Source of the DNA: an uncultured Gammaproteobacteria bacterium
GTDB lineage: Bacteria > Pseudomonadota > Gammaproteobacteria > JAURND01
Assembly: GCA_963714975.1 (NCBI GenBank)
Contig: CAVQQD010000003.1
Coordinates: 512,001 to 576,000 of the forward strand
DNA length: 64,000 nt
Direction: 5' to 3'
Shown here piece by piece: positions 1 through 14,069 of the stretch. How positions within the stretch are numbered: position 1 is the first letter of the stretch; each line of letters starts with the position of its first letter. The translations under genes and the position numbers were made by a program. The notes beneath the pieces were generated by a model. It had not been told where the DNA came from. It was given only the letters and a program-made list of their open reading frames with translations, and searched no databases.

Positions 1-154
1 ACTAGGGCTTTTGTATGCTCTGGGTTCTTTGGCAATCGTTATTTTATTTATGTTTACCACAGGGCTCCCCTTAATAAAAATTATTGGTGTCAATATAATT
101 TTTGCAATCATTGTAGGGATGAACAAATATTTCTTAAAAAGAGAGTGCGGCTAG
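1..154 (+). CDS. 3' end of a membrane protein (partial, window edge)
   Basis: Frame 2 reads LGLLYALGSLAIVILFMF...NKYFLKRECG*; hydrophobic, stop at 152-154. Confidence 0.55.
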   Translation, partial: LGLLYALGSLAIVILFMFTTGLPLIKIIGVNIIFAIIVGMNKYFLKRECG

Positions 155-159
155 TGGCT

Positions 160-504
160 TTATCCTGGCGGCCAAGTCATTAGGCGGCCGCCTAAAAGGT
201 GTAGATGAATATGAAACACCACCTGCCCGGCATTGGCATTGCAATTCATGATTACCCGATAGCCCGAGTCCGCTATGTCAAATTGCTTCGCCAATTGCTG
301 AGCAGTGAATAATAATTGACCAGAAATTTCGACATCTTCTGGATTTAGGTCATTTAAGGTAGCAATATGTTTACGTGGAATAATAAGTTTATGGATGGGA
401 GCTCGAGGATGGATGTCGTCAAAGGCTACGACCTTGTCATCCTCGTAAATAATCTTAGCTGGTATTTCATGGTTGATGATTTGACAAAACAAACAGTTGG
501 TCAT
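160..504 (-). CDS. hinT: Histidine triad (HIT) nucleotide-binding protein
   Basis: CLFCQI N-terminus, HIHLHLLGG triad, WPPG C-terminus. Confidence 0.93.
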   Translation of the reverse strand: MTNCLFCQIINHEIPAKIIYEDDKVVAFDDIHPRAPIHKLIIPRKHIATLNDLNPEDVEISGQLLFTAQQLAKQFDIADSGYRVIMNCNANAGQVVFHIHLHLLGGRLMTWPPG

Positions 505-677
505 ATGTAAATTCCTCTTACATGATTATTCATTTCTAAAATAGATATGCCTCTATGGCAATTGGTCCACAGCCTGTGGACTTAAGTTGCATAGTATGTC
601 TCCACTGTAGTTGGGAACAGCTTGTTTCGCAAGAGGGGTGAAAACCAAGGACGGTTTCATAACCCGGAGGCGGGGAC

Positions 678-712
678 ACGTCGGGGAGCAAGGCTTCAGC
701 GGGAATTGCTGA
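678..712. repeat. Partial copy of the subterminal motif of the ctatcc-MITE
   Basis: cgtcggggagcaaggcttcagcgggaattgctga is near-identical to the MITE arms at 9822-9847 and 46015-46048. Confidence 0.75.
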
Positions 713-781
713 GGCCGCTGGTGGCGGCACAGTGAAGTCTGTATACTAACCGATCTTGGGGTTAAGTTCAGCAGGTATTCC

Positions 782-2025
782 ATGGCGAAAAAAAATATTT
801 TTTATGCACAATCGGGTGGGGCGACTGCGGTTATTAATGCCACAGCCTGCGGATTAATTCAGACGGCACGACGTAATGCTGACCGCATTGGTAAGGTTTA
901 TGCAGGGCAAAATGGGATTGTAGGTGCTTTGACCGGGAATTTCATTGATACTAGCCAAGAAACAGATGAGGCAATCGCCGCTTTATACCATACGCCGGCC
1001 AGTGCTTTTGGTTCTTGCCGCTATAAATTAAAGCATATAGAAGAAGATACCAGTGAATATCGAACGCTTGATTCCTGTATTTAAGGACTCACAATATAGG
1101 CTATTTTTTTTATAATGGTGGCAATGATTCACAAGATACTACTCATAAAATTTCGCAAATGAGACAACAATTAGGGTATCCTTTAATCTGCATTGGTTTA
1201 CCAAAAACCATCGATAATGATTTACCTTTTACCGATAATTGCCCGGGTTTTGGTTCAGTAGCTAAATATGTCGCTATATCCATTCGTGAGGCGAGTCTTG
1301 ATGTGGCCTCTATGGCAGCCACGTCAACGAAGGTATTTATTCTAGAAGTAATGGGGCGACATGCAGGCTGGATTGCCGCTGCTAGCGGTTTGGCGGCAGA
1401 ACAACCCGGGCGACCCACCACATATTATTCTTATTCCCCGAAAACCCGTTTGAAGTGGGTCGGTTTATTGGCCAAGTGCAGAAATCGTCAAGAAATATGG
1501 TTTTTGTTCCATTGTGGTGTCTGAAGGATTACAGACTCGGGATGGCAAATTTTTAAGCCAGTTCCGATCTTAAATGATCCTTTTGGACATACCCAACTAG
1601 GTGGGGTTGCGCCAGTAATTGCTCATTTAGTACAAAGTGAATTAGGCCATAAATGCCATTGGGCGGTGGCGGATTATTTACAACGCGTTGCGCGCCATGT
1701 TGCTTCGCAAACTGATGTTGAGCAAGCCTATGCCTTAGGTAAGTCGGTCGTGGATTTTGCTTTAACTGGAAAAAATAATATCATGCTGACGATTGATCGT
1801 TATCAAGATTCCCCTTATCAATGGGGAATTGGTGAAGTCTCTCTGGAAAAAGTAGCCAATGCGGAGACGAAAAATGCCTTTGAATTTTTTAATGCAGATG
1901 GCTTTCATATTACTGAGGAATGTCGACGCTATTTATTACCCCTGATTCAAGGAGAATCGTATCCTCCTTATGTACGGGTTGCCTCATTATCCTCGATTAC
2001 AGAAAAATTATGTTTGCAAAAATAA
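782..2025 (+). CDS. pfkA: 6-phosphofructokinase (PfkA family), split by several frameshifts (probably sequence errors)
   Basis: YAQSGG, GSCR, PKTIDND and EVMGRHAGW motifs spread over ORFs 782-1084, 1159-1524 and 1666-2025. Confidence 0.85.
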
Positions 2026-2043
2026 CGAGATAACCAGTATATA

Positions 2044-2137
2044 ATCCCCTCTCCCCTCGTGGGAGAGGGTTAGGGTGAGGGGAGGCTTGCAGAATCCCCT
2101 CATCCGCCTTCGGCACCTTCTCCCACAGGGGGAAAGG
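2044..2137. repeat. BoxC-like hairpin repeat (family A: ccctctccc...gggagagggttaggg plus ccttctccc...gggagaagg)
   Basis: Same motif recurs in many intergenic regions of this window. Confidence 0.8.
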
Positions 2138-2139
2138 AT

Positions 2140-3446
<1,307 letters not shown>

Positions 3447-3475
3447 ATTGTTTGTTTTTATAATTTTGAGATTTT

Positions 3476-6292
<2,817 letters not shown>

Positions 6293-6300
<8 letters not shown>

Positions 6301-6760
6301 AGCTACTAATTTACGTTGGTGTTGGCTGTCAGTTCTGGTCATTTTGTTAGATCAAATGACCAAATATTTAGCATCAGCATTTTTAATGCCTTATCAAGCT
6401 CAACCGGTGTTGCCATTTTTTAATTTTACTTTGATGTTTAATCAAGGCGCTGCTTTTAGTTTTTTGAGTGAGACGCATTTGGCAACTTGGTTGTTTGGGG
6501 GAATTGCGATCGCTGTAAGTATATGGATAGTAGTTTGGTTAGCTAAACTCCCAAGCACTCAAAAATGGACTGCAGGTGCTTTAGCTTTGATTTTAGGTGG
6601 GGCATTGGGCAATTTGTTTGATCGACTTGTAAGAGGCCATGTGATTGATTTTTTAGATTTCTATTTTAAAAATTGGCATTTTCCAGCCTTTAATATTGCT
6701 GATTCAGCCATCTCAGTGGGGGCGGTCATATTGTTTTTTTGCATTCTAAAAAAGCAGTAA
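6293..6760 (+). CDS. lspA: Lipoprotein signal peptidase II
   Basis: NQGAAFS, GALGNLFDR, VIDF and FNIAD motifs; overlaps the ileS stop. Confidence 0.95.
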
Positions 6761-6770
6761 TCGTACCAAG

Positions 6771-7850
6771 ATGCCTTATAAAGAAAACGTTACTTATTGT
6801 AGTAAAACTTTAAATATTATTATTCCTGCACAGATTAAAGGGAATATAGTAGCACCTAAGCAAACTATTGCTCTTCTTACCCCGGGTACAGGTGGAAGTA
6901 CTTTTGATGCGGCCTGTAGATTGCTAGACATAAAGCAAATTACTAAAGCTAAACGATTTTCAGTTTATGAGGATGGTAGTTATCGTTCACCAATAGCGTT
7001 TATTCCGGGTTGGGGTGGAGGTTGGCAAACTTTAAAAAATGAATTGGAGACCAACCCAAGCTGTTGTGATCAGTTAGATGTAATTCTGTTACATGCACCT
7101 TTTGGCGTACATGAATTATTGCAGAGCTCAAATAATTCTCGTAAATACGTTACTATTATTGCAGACCCCGCTCTACAAATACCTTCCTGTATTAATTTGC
7201 GATACCAGCGTGGATATGACTACGATACCCGAGAAGAATTAGACAATCCTCAAACTCGAATTTGGGCAGGGAAATCAGCCATGGAGGGAAAATGCACAGC
7301 TAAAACACTTGAAATAGCTAAAAAAAATATCGAACAGCATTGCTATTTATGTGGTGTGCAAGATGATATTACAGGACTTCTAGAAGCATTTTTTGGACTG
7401 CAGAGTTGGCCAGCATTTGCCTTTCCTAATTTCCAGGTAAGAGGTGATAAAATTATTATCCCTACAGCTGACACAGCTGAAATCTATCGCAAGCAACATA
7501 AGTTTGATTGGAAACTCTATTGTTGGGCCCGAGAAAATTGGAAACAATGGAAATCCGAACATATGGAACGAGCATTGCGTAAGCCTGACGCCGAAATTAT
7601 CTGTATGCGACCTGAAAATATAAATAGCCGTCGATTTACCTCTGAAACGATACGTGAGATTGAACAATATAATCAATGGATCATGGAAAACTCGGATGAG
7701 TCTAATCCTAATCTTTACGACAGGACTGTAAGTGATGTTTTCAGGCAAGAGGGGTCTACACAAATAAAGTTTAAATTATTTTTTTGGGCAAGTCGAAAAG
7801 ATACGCAAGTTGATGATCAAGAAATAGTAGATATTTGGTTAAAAAAGTAG
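6771..7850 (+). CDS. Divergent sulfotransferase-family-like protein
   Basis: PGTGGST, YVTIIADP, DNPQTR and LEIAKKNI resemble Sulfotransfer_2 motifs, with substitutions at key positions. Confidence 0.5.
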   Translation: MPYKENVTYCSKTLNIIIPAQIKGNIVAPKQTIALLTPGTGGSTFDAACRLLDIKQITKAKRFSVYEDGSYRSPIAFIPGWGGGWQTLKNELETNPSCCDQLDVILLHAPFGVHELLQSSNNSRKYVTIIADPALQIPSCINLRYQRGYDYDTREELDNPQTRIWAGKSAMEGKCTAKTLEIAKKNIEQHCYLCGVQDDITGLLEAFFGLQSWPAFAFPNFQVRGDKIIIPTADTAEIYRKQHKFDWKLYCWARENWKQWKSEHMERALRKPDAEIICMRPENINSRRFTSETIREIEQYNQWIMENSDESNPNLYDRTVSDVFRQEGSTQIKFKLFFWASRKDTQVDDQEIVDIWLKK

Positions 7851-7924
7851 ATTTTGTATAAGAAGTAGCCATTACCCAGTTTGTTGCTGCCCCACCCGAT
7901 TCCGATGTTGGAGGCTCCTCGCTA

Positions 7925-8392
7925 CTACGGAGAGGGCATCTGATACAGAGAGTTTTCTTGGACTTCTTCTATAATTAAATCCTCGCGTACAGATTTCATT
8001 GCGCTTATAACCCATTTAAGATCATCAAGATAGATTTTTTTGAAAAGATAAGTAAATGCTGTAACGAACAGTAGTCCTAATCCTTCCCCTGTTAAGGTCA
8101 TACTTTGCTCAGCAGCTTCGTCTAAAGCAGTGTAAGTTTTGTACATGGCATACGGGCTTGCAGTAAATAAAATTAAAAAGGGTAAAACCTGTGCTGCACT
8201 CTTAGCGGCTTGTGCCATTCTCACTTTTTTATAATGATATAGATCGCTATCAGGAAGAAAATTAATTAAGTGAATTCCTTGAACTAAGCTCTGTCTTTCT
8301 GCTGAGGTCGAATTATAAAAACGGTCGATAAAGTCTTTTTTTTGCGCTGGACTGTCCCATAACTGCTTAAACTTATACCCCTCCTCCCCAGG
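7925..8392 (-). pseudogene. Two-TM coding fragment; frame stays open up to the MITE edge
   Basis: ORF 7925-8224 extends without a stop to 8392 (PGEEGYKFKQLW...); acidic C-terminus. Confidence 0.5.
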
Positions 8393-8442
8393 CTATCCGA
8401 TGCACATAAATTCGGTCAGCAATTGTAAGTCACCACTTGTGT

Positions 8443-8448
8443 TAAAGT
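8443..8448 (+). promoter_or_regulatory. -10 box of a predicted circle-junction promoter
   Basis: Circularisation gives TTGATT-N18-TAAAGT with an extended TG, upstream of the bridge RNA. Confidence 0.55.
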
Positions 8449-8454
8449 AGTTCC

Positions 8455-8625
8455 TAAGAGAGAAAAGGCTCCCTCGCAAGAAGGAGCCTGCGGGCGTGAG
8501 CGACCGGTCAGCAATAGGTTATACAGCCGTGGGAATCAAGGTACTCTAGCCCTAACTCTCGATACGTTTGAATAGTTCATTTGGGACTAAAGCTCCCGCT
8601 TACAATCGTAAATATCGAGGTTACC
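8455..8625 (+). ncRNA. IS110 bridge RNA (5' hairpin, target-binding loop, donor-binding loop); ends approximate
   Basis: Guides at 8505-8515, 8529-8536, 8572-8580 and 8598-8606 match target and donor flanks; closing stems visible. Confidence 0.85.
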
Positions 8626-9579
8626 ATGAAATTGTATAGTTCTTTTATCGGTATGGATATAGGGAAATTTAATTTTGTTGTTGCCTTACATGGAGAAAAG
8701 ATCACGAAAGAGTATCCAAATAGCGCTGAGGGCATTAAGGATTTTTTAAAAGATTATGAAGAAATTTTACCCACAGCATTTTGTGTGGTTGAAACGACAG
8801 GGGGTCATGAAAAAATTTTGTTACTGGCCCTGCGTTCTAATAGATATGCAGTCCATCGTGCAGATACTAGGAAAGTAAAAAACTTTATCCATTCCTATGG
8901 TAAAAAGGCAAAAACAGATGCATTAGACGCTAAAGGACTAGCCCATTATAGTTATGAAAGGTATCAGGAATTAGATATTTATGAACCTCCTGATGAAACG
9001 GATATAGCACTTTTTACATTGGTAATGCGTAAAAATGATTTAACAGAGATGCTGGTTGCTGAAAAAAATCGCCTTAAATCGCCTAATAATCATGAAATAG
9101 TAGAAATAAGTTGTAAAAAAATGATTACCATGCTCTCGGAAGAAATCAAATTGCTCAATGAGAAAATAAATGAGCTGATTGAAGGTGTACCTTATTTAAG
9201 GGAAAAAAGGAAAGTTTTAAAGAGCATTCCAGGGATTGGTGATGTGCTGAGCTGTGAATTGATTACTTTATTGCCTGAACTAGGAACACTGGATAGGAGA
9301 AAAATAGCTGCTTTAGCTGGGTTAGCTCCTCAAGCAAATGAGAGTGGCAAATACAAAGGATACAGGCGCTGTGGTTATGGTCGTCAAGGAGTGAAGCCAA
9401 AATTATTTCTCGCTGCCATGGCGGCAAGGAATTCAAATTCGCATCTAAAAGTCTTTTATGAAAAATTGGTTGGGTCAGGTAAAAAGAAAATGGTGGCTTT
9501 AACCGCTTTAATGAGAAAAATTTTAGTCATCGCCAATGCAAAGGTAAGAGATTTCAATAAAGAATATAATTTGGCTTGA
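8626..9579 (+). CDS. IS110-family DEDD recombinase/transposase
   Basis: IGMDIGK, VVETTG, KTDALDA, SIPGIG, AGLAP...ESG and KMVALTALMRK motifs; frame intact. Confidence 0.95.
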   Translation: MKLYSSFIGMDIGKFNFVVALHGEKITKEYPNSAEGIKDFLKDYEEILPTAFCVVETTGGHEKILLLALRSNRYAVHRADTRKVKNFIHSYGKKAKTDALDAKGLAHYSYERYQELDIYEPPDETDIALFTLVMRKNDLTEMLVAEKNRLKSPNNHEIVEISCKKMITMLSEEIKLLNEKINELIEGVPYLREKRKVLKSIPGIGDVLSCELITLLPELGTLDRRKIAALAGLAPQANESGKYKGYRRCGYGRQGVKPKLFLAAMAARNSNSHLKVFYEKLVGSGKKKMVALTALMRKILVIANAKVRDFNKEYNLA

Positions 9580-9870
9580 AAGAGCACCAAGGAGGGTGCG
9601 GTCAAGCCAAATCGACAAGCCCGCTCAGCGGGCGCGTCAGTAGGGAGAAACCCTAGTTTAGGCTGGGGTTTATAGACTTGTATGCTTAAAAATTTTATTT
9701 TTTTAAAATTTTTAAGACATAGTTGATTCCCGCTGAAACCTTGCTCCCCCGACGGGTCCTGCCGCGCTGCGGCCACCCCATCGTGCTCGTTCCTGCGCGC
9801 GTTGGGGTCCCCGCCAGCGGCAGCAAGGCTTCAGCGGGAATTGCTGACCGAATTTGTGTGCATCGGATAG

Positions 9871-10438
9871 CTTCATAGAGAGCACCTGTGTGATTGGGAT
9901 TCGTTATGAGTACATTACAGTAGTGGTTTATTGCGCTGGCAGGAGACGATAGCTTTCCTAGATGATATTCATTCTCAACATGATTCGAGTTTTGCTGCCA
10001 AATATTCCAAACTACCGAAGGTGGGTGATTAAAAATATTGGAATCTTCAGGAATTTTAGAGGCTTCGCCTATACCAATCAAAAAAGCTAATCGACTTGTG
10101 GCATCAATATCGCCGGGATTTTTTCTCAAAACAGCTCGGCAAAGATCCGCTCCTTTTCTTCCTTTTATAGTCAAATAATCGGCTTTACGCCGTTCTGGGT
10201 AATCTTCAGCAATATTTTTTGGCGAGGGTGTTTCCTCTTCTTGAGAGTTGGGTAGAATTTCCTTAGTTTCTTTGATGCGATTTTTCCATAGGGGATGCTC
10301 CTGCTGCTCACTAAAAATTTTCGTATTTTTTGAAATACGAGCCATTACAGCTAAGTCTCGGTCAGCAAGAAAATCATAGACATAAAGCTGCGGATCAACC
10401 GCCAGCTCACTCAAGTGTTTTGGTTTATCTTCAGCCAT
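9871..10438 (-). pseudogene. F-box-like protein (candidate effector) truncated by the MITE/IS110
   Basis: LSELAVDPQLYVYDFLADRDLAVMARISK...LW fits the F-box pattern; ORF runs into the MITE. Confidence 0.6.
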
Positions 10439-10456
10439 TTACACACCACATAGATA

Positions 10457-10931
10457 TTGTTGCCAAAAAAAGAATGCGCAAAGCGTACAGGATATCCTGC
10501 ATCAAAAAGGACTGACCTGTAAGGTTATTGAACTTTCTGCTAGCACTCGTACTGCAGATGAAGCTGCTGAAACAATTAGGTGTGAAATCGCACAAATTGT
10601 CAAATCTCTTGTCTTTCGCACAAAAGAAAGCAATAAGCCAATTCTTATTCTTGTTAGCGGAATAAATCGAGTAAATGAAAAGGTAGTTGAATCACAAATA
10701 GGAGAAAAAATATTAAAAGCAGATGCCGATTTTGTGAGAGCAGAAACAGGATTTGCTATTGGTGGTATTCCACCTATTGGACATAAAAAAATAATTGATA
10801 CTTTCATCGATGAGGATTTGTTTAAATTTGAAGAAATATGGGCTGCCGCTGGAACTCCTAATGCTGTTTTTAATCTAAATTCTAAAGATTTAAAAAGCCT
10901 CACAAATGGTAGAATTATTTCAGTAAAATGA
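10457..10931 (+). CDS. YbaK/EbsC (ProX-like) aminoacyl-tRNA editing protein; start unclear (A-run)
   Basis: Frame open from about 10473: STRTADEAA, QIVKSLVF, TGFAIGGIPP, WAAAG. Confidence 0.8.
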
Positions 10932-11081
10932 TACCGGTCTGAATGCAATAGTGGTAGTGGTTGACGGCGGATTTTCTACTATGTAGATTTTTTGAGGAAT
11001 AATGATGAATTTACTTTGCAATTGTACACTGCTGTAGAATTAAAAGAAATACAGAACCATCATGTGATATTTTTTTCATCA

Positions 11082-11470
11082 TCACATGTAAAATGCCAGG
11101 TCGTCATAAGGTTGACCTGTCGTGTTAAATCCGTACTTACCATAAAAATTTTGCAGGTGTATTTGTGCATCGAGCTCAATGGTATTGATATCCAAAGTAT
11201 CAATATGAGACAGAAGTTGGTTCATCAATAATGTGCCGAATCGGTTCTCACGAAAAACTTTACGAACGCAAACGCGGCGAATATAAGCAGTTGCATTTTC
11301 TGTAGTCACTCGACCATAGCAAACCGGTTCTGTGTAATGTTCCAGAACTCCAAAAATATGGATAGCGTGTTGGTTTTGATTATCTAAATCCAAATAGAAG
11401 CTGCGTTACTCTAATATAAAAATATCCATGCGTAATTTAAGTATCGCATAAAGTTCTTCTTTTCTGAGAT
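11082..11470 (-). pseudogene. ElaA-like GNAT acetyltransferase remnant
   Basis: ELYAILKLR...E*...DLD, RVCV, AQIHLQNFYGKYGF; internal stop and missing ends. Confidence 0.7.
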
Positions 11471-11472
11471 CA

Positions 11473-11760
11473 TCAAATGGTGTTTTTATAAAACGAATCA
11501 CAGTTAATTTTCCTCGATAATGGCGATGGAGCTGTCATCAAAATGCCAGTCAGTACCATGTGTGGTAATGCGGGTATTCCTGATTTTCTATCTACTTCCT
11601 CAAAAAAATAACGTAATGTTTCTATGTCATGAATAAAAGCATCTATTTTCCAGCCATCATAGGAAAAGGCTTCGCGATAAGCATTCTGAACCAGATCAAA
11701 AACAACGATAATATCCAAGTCAGAGTGATTGGTGTAATTGTTACCAATTGCAACGGATTC
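11473..11760 (-). pseudogene. Nucleotidyltransferase-domain fragment
   Basis: SDLDIIVVF and AYREAF...WKIDAFIH motifs; truncated. Confidence 0.5.
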
Positions 11761-12078
11761 CGGCCCAAATTATGACAGGTGCGTCGCTATACTTATGTTC
11801 ACAAAGTTGTGTGACTGTTTTTTTGGGATTAATCATCTATTTGTCCTTTATGCAGATCAGATAAAAATCGTAACATAGCTTTTCTAAGGCTTGAGAAGAC
11901 TCATGATGCATAAAATACCCTGATACTGTCTTGCAAGCATTTTTTAGGCTTATTGTATGTTCATTTAATCATTTTAGCTAATTTTGATGCAATAAGTATG
12001 ATAAAATGCGCTTCTTGTGACGGAGAGCATTATAAGCCAAGGACGAGGAAATAATCATTTGATGAAACACTAAAGACC

Positions 12079-13653
12079 ATGAATGCCTTATTTTTAGAGA
12101 CTAAACGCTTATTATTGAAGTCTCCGACTTCTGGTGATTTGACATCATTGCTGCAGTTACGTGCTAATCCAGAGGTTATGCGTTACATTGGCGATGGTAC
12201 TACCCACCAAGCCGAACAAGTGGAGCGTTTTTTAGCCTATGCAATTCCTTATCAAGAGCGGCATGGTATCGGATTTTGCTCTGTTTTTGAAAAAAATAGC
12301 GGCGAATTCGTAGGGCAAGCAGGATTGTTTCACTTGGGGTTCGACGATACTCAACCTGAAATTGAAGTTGCTTATCGCTTACTGCCTAAATTTTGGGGGA
12401 AAGGCTATGCGACGGAACTTGCTAAAGCGCTGGTGCAATGGGGGTTCACTCATCTTGAGGTTAAAAAATTAATAGCGGTGACTCATCCAGAGAATATTGC
12501 CTCCCAGCAAGTATTAAAGAAAACGGGATTTATATCCGTAGGTGATATGGTATGGCATACAGAGCAAACCGTCGTACGATTTGAAATATATAAAGAAGAT
12601 GCGATTAAGTTGGAGCCCTATAATCCTGCTTGGCCTCTACTCGCAGCGCGAGAAATTCGAAAACTGCAAGAAATATTACCAACACGTCATGTATTGGATA
12701 TACAGCATGTGGGTAGTACCGCCATTCCTGGTTTATTGGCCAAACCTATTATTGATATTCAAATTGCAGTGGATTCATTGAGCGCGATTAAACCGCGGAT
12801 CATCACTCAGGTAAAAGCGTTTGGCTATGTCTTTTGGGATGAAAATCCTGATCCAACGCGTCTATTTTTTGTGAGGGGTATGCCGCCTTATGGCAACAAA
12901 CGAGAAGCCCATATCCACATTGTCGAACCTGCCTCTAAACATTGGCAGGATAAACTGCAATTTCGTGATTACTTAGTAGCGCATCCAAATACCGCTCATG
13001 ATTATGCTCAGTTAAAACAAGTACTAGCTGAAGCGTACCGTTATGATCGCGAACAATATACCCAAAGCAAAACGTCATTTATTGAAGCTGTTTTGCGTCA
13101 TGCAAATCAGGATAAACTCAATTGTTTAAAGCCAAAAGTCATTTTTATTACCGGTAGTTCTGGCGCGGGTAAAACGACATTGCTTGAGGCACTGGAACGT
13201 GAATTAGTTGGTACGACAATCGCCTATCACCATTTTGATAGTATAGGCGTTCCCGCCGTTGAAGAAATGAATAGGGTCTATGGTTCCGGTAGTGAATGGC
13301 AAAAAGCGATGACTTATCACTGGGTTCAGCGCATACAACAGCAGGATGCTGATAAAGAAGTGGTTATTTTGGAAGGGCAGATTAATTTGGATTTTATTGT
13401 GGCAGCGTGCAAAGGTTGGAATATCCGCGATTATCGCATCGTATTAGTGCATTGTGCTGATGCTGTTCGACATCAAAGACTGGCTGAATTCCGTCAACAA
13501 CCCGAATTAATTCATCAGGAAATGGATCATTGGGCGCAGTATTTGCGACAACAAGCTTTTGCACATCGAGCACTGATGTTGGATAGCGGTGTACTCAGTA
13601 TTCAAGCCATGGTTACAGAAGTTAAACAAGTGTTAACACGAAGGCGTGATTGA
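12079..13653 (+). CDS. GNAT (RimJ-like) + GrpB-like + P-loop kinase three-domain fusion
   Basis: FWGKGYATE; HVGSTAIPGLLAKPIIDI; ITGSSGAGKTT. Confidence 0.85.
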   Translation: MNALFLETKRLLLKSPTSGDLTSLLQLRANPEVMRYIGDGTTHQAEQVERFLAYAIPYQERHGIGFCSVFEKNSGEFVGQAGLFHLGFDDTQPEIEVAYRLLPKFWGKGYATELAKALVQWGFTHLEVKKLIAVTHPENIASQQVLKKTGFISVGDMVWHTEQTVVRFEIYKEDAIKLEPYNPAWPLLAAREIRKLQEILPTRHVLDIQHVGSTAIPGLLAKPIIDIQIAVDSLSAIKPRIITQVKAFGYVFWDENPDPTRLFFVRGMPPYGNKREAHIHIVEPASKHWQDKLQFRDYLVAHPNTAHDYAQLKQVLAEAYRYDREQYTQSKTSFIEAVLRHANQDKLNCLKPKVIFITGSSGAGKTTLLEALERELVGTTIAYHHFDSIGVPAVEEMNRVYGSGSEWQKAMTYHWVQRIQQQDADKEVVILEGQINLDFIVAACKGWNIRDYRIVLVHCADAVRHQRLAEFRQQPELIHQEMDHWAQYLRQQAFAHRALMLDSGVLSIQAMVTEVKQVLTRRRD

Positions 13654-14020
13654 TGTGGCGTTCCTATTTTAAAAATGATGTGCTGCCTTTATGGCAGCTG
13701 GCGATCCCTTTAGTGCTGATAGGACTATCACAAGCATTAGTGCCGTTCTTTGAGACGTTATTTCTAGCACGATTAGGGGCGGATAGTTTGGCAGCTGGCG
13801 CTATTGTTAGTTGGTTATTTGGCATGGCGCTAACATTAATGGTGGAGCAGTCGGTAGCAGTGAATGGATGGCAGCCAGTCAGGTGGCTTTGCAGTATATG
13901 GGATTTTGGATGTCGATGATTTTTGCAGTCGCCCAAGCCATTACCGTTAGAATGGGACATCTGTTGGGGGCGGGGGAGTTACATTCCGCGAAGCGTGCAG
14001 CAATTTGTGGACTACATGAG
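13650..14020 (+). pseudogene. MATE efflux transporter remnant with an internal deletion
   Basis: LAIPL...LARLGADSLAAG followed by AVAQAITVRMGHLLGAG in another frame. Confidence 0.7.
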
Positions 14021-14069
14021 GAAATTTGCCAAACTCTGCCCTGTAATTGTGCAACAGCCTGTTGCACAA

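Larger units (their letters stand above)
8424..9727 (+). mobile_element. IS110-family insertion sequence (1304 bp, AT core)
   Basis: Junctions ggtcagcaAT|tgtaagt and atagttgAT|tcccgctg; removal restores the MITE consensus ggtcagcaattcccgctg; DEDD recombinase inside. Confidence 0.93.
8393..9870. mobile_element. ctatcc-MITE copy interrupted by IS110 (arms 8393-8423 and 9728-9870)
   Basis: TIR ctatccgatgcac...gtgcatcggatag; joining the arms restores the sequence seen at 45864-46071. Confidence 0.88.

Noticed and set aside
536-783. Short ORFs or a riboswitch between hinT and pfk
   Set aside because: The ORFs are largely translations of a MITE-related motif; I could not match a known RNA family.
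8581-8625. Upstream TTG start for the IS110 transposase
   Set aside because: It lies inside the donor-binding loop; ATG 8626 gives the usual distance to the first catalytic Asp.
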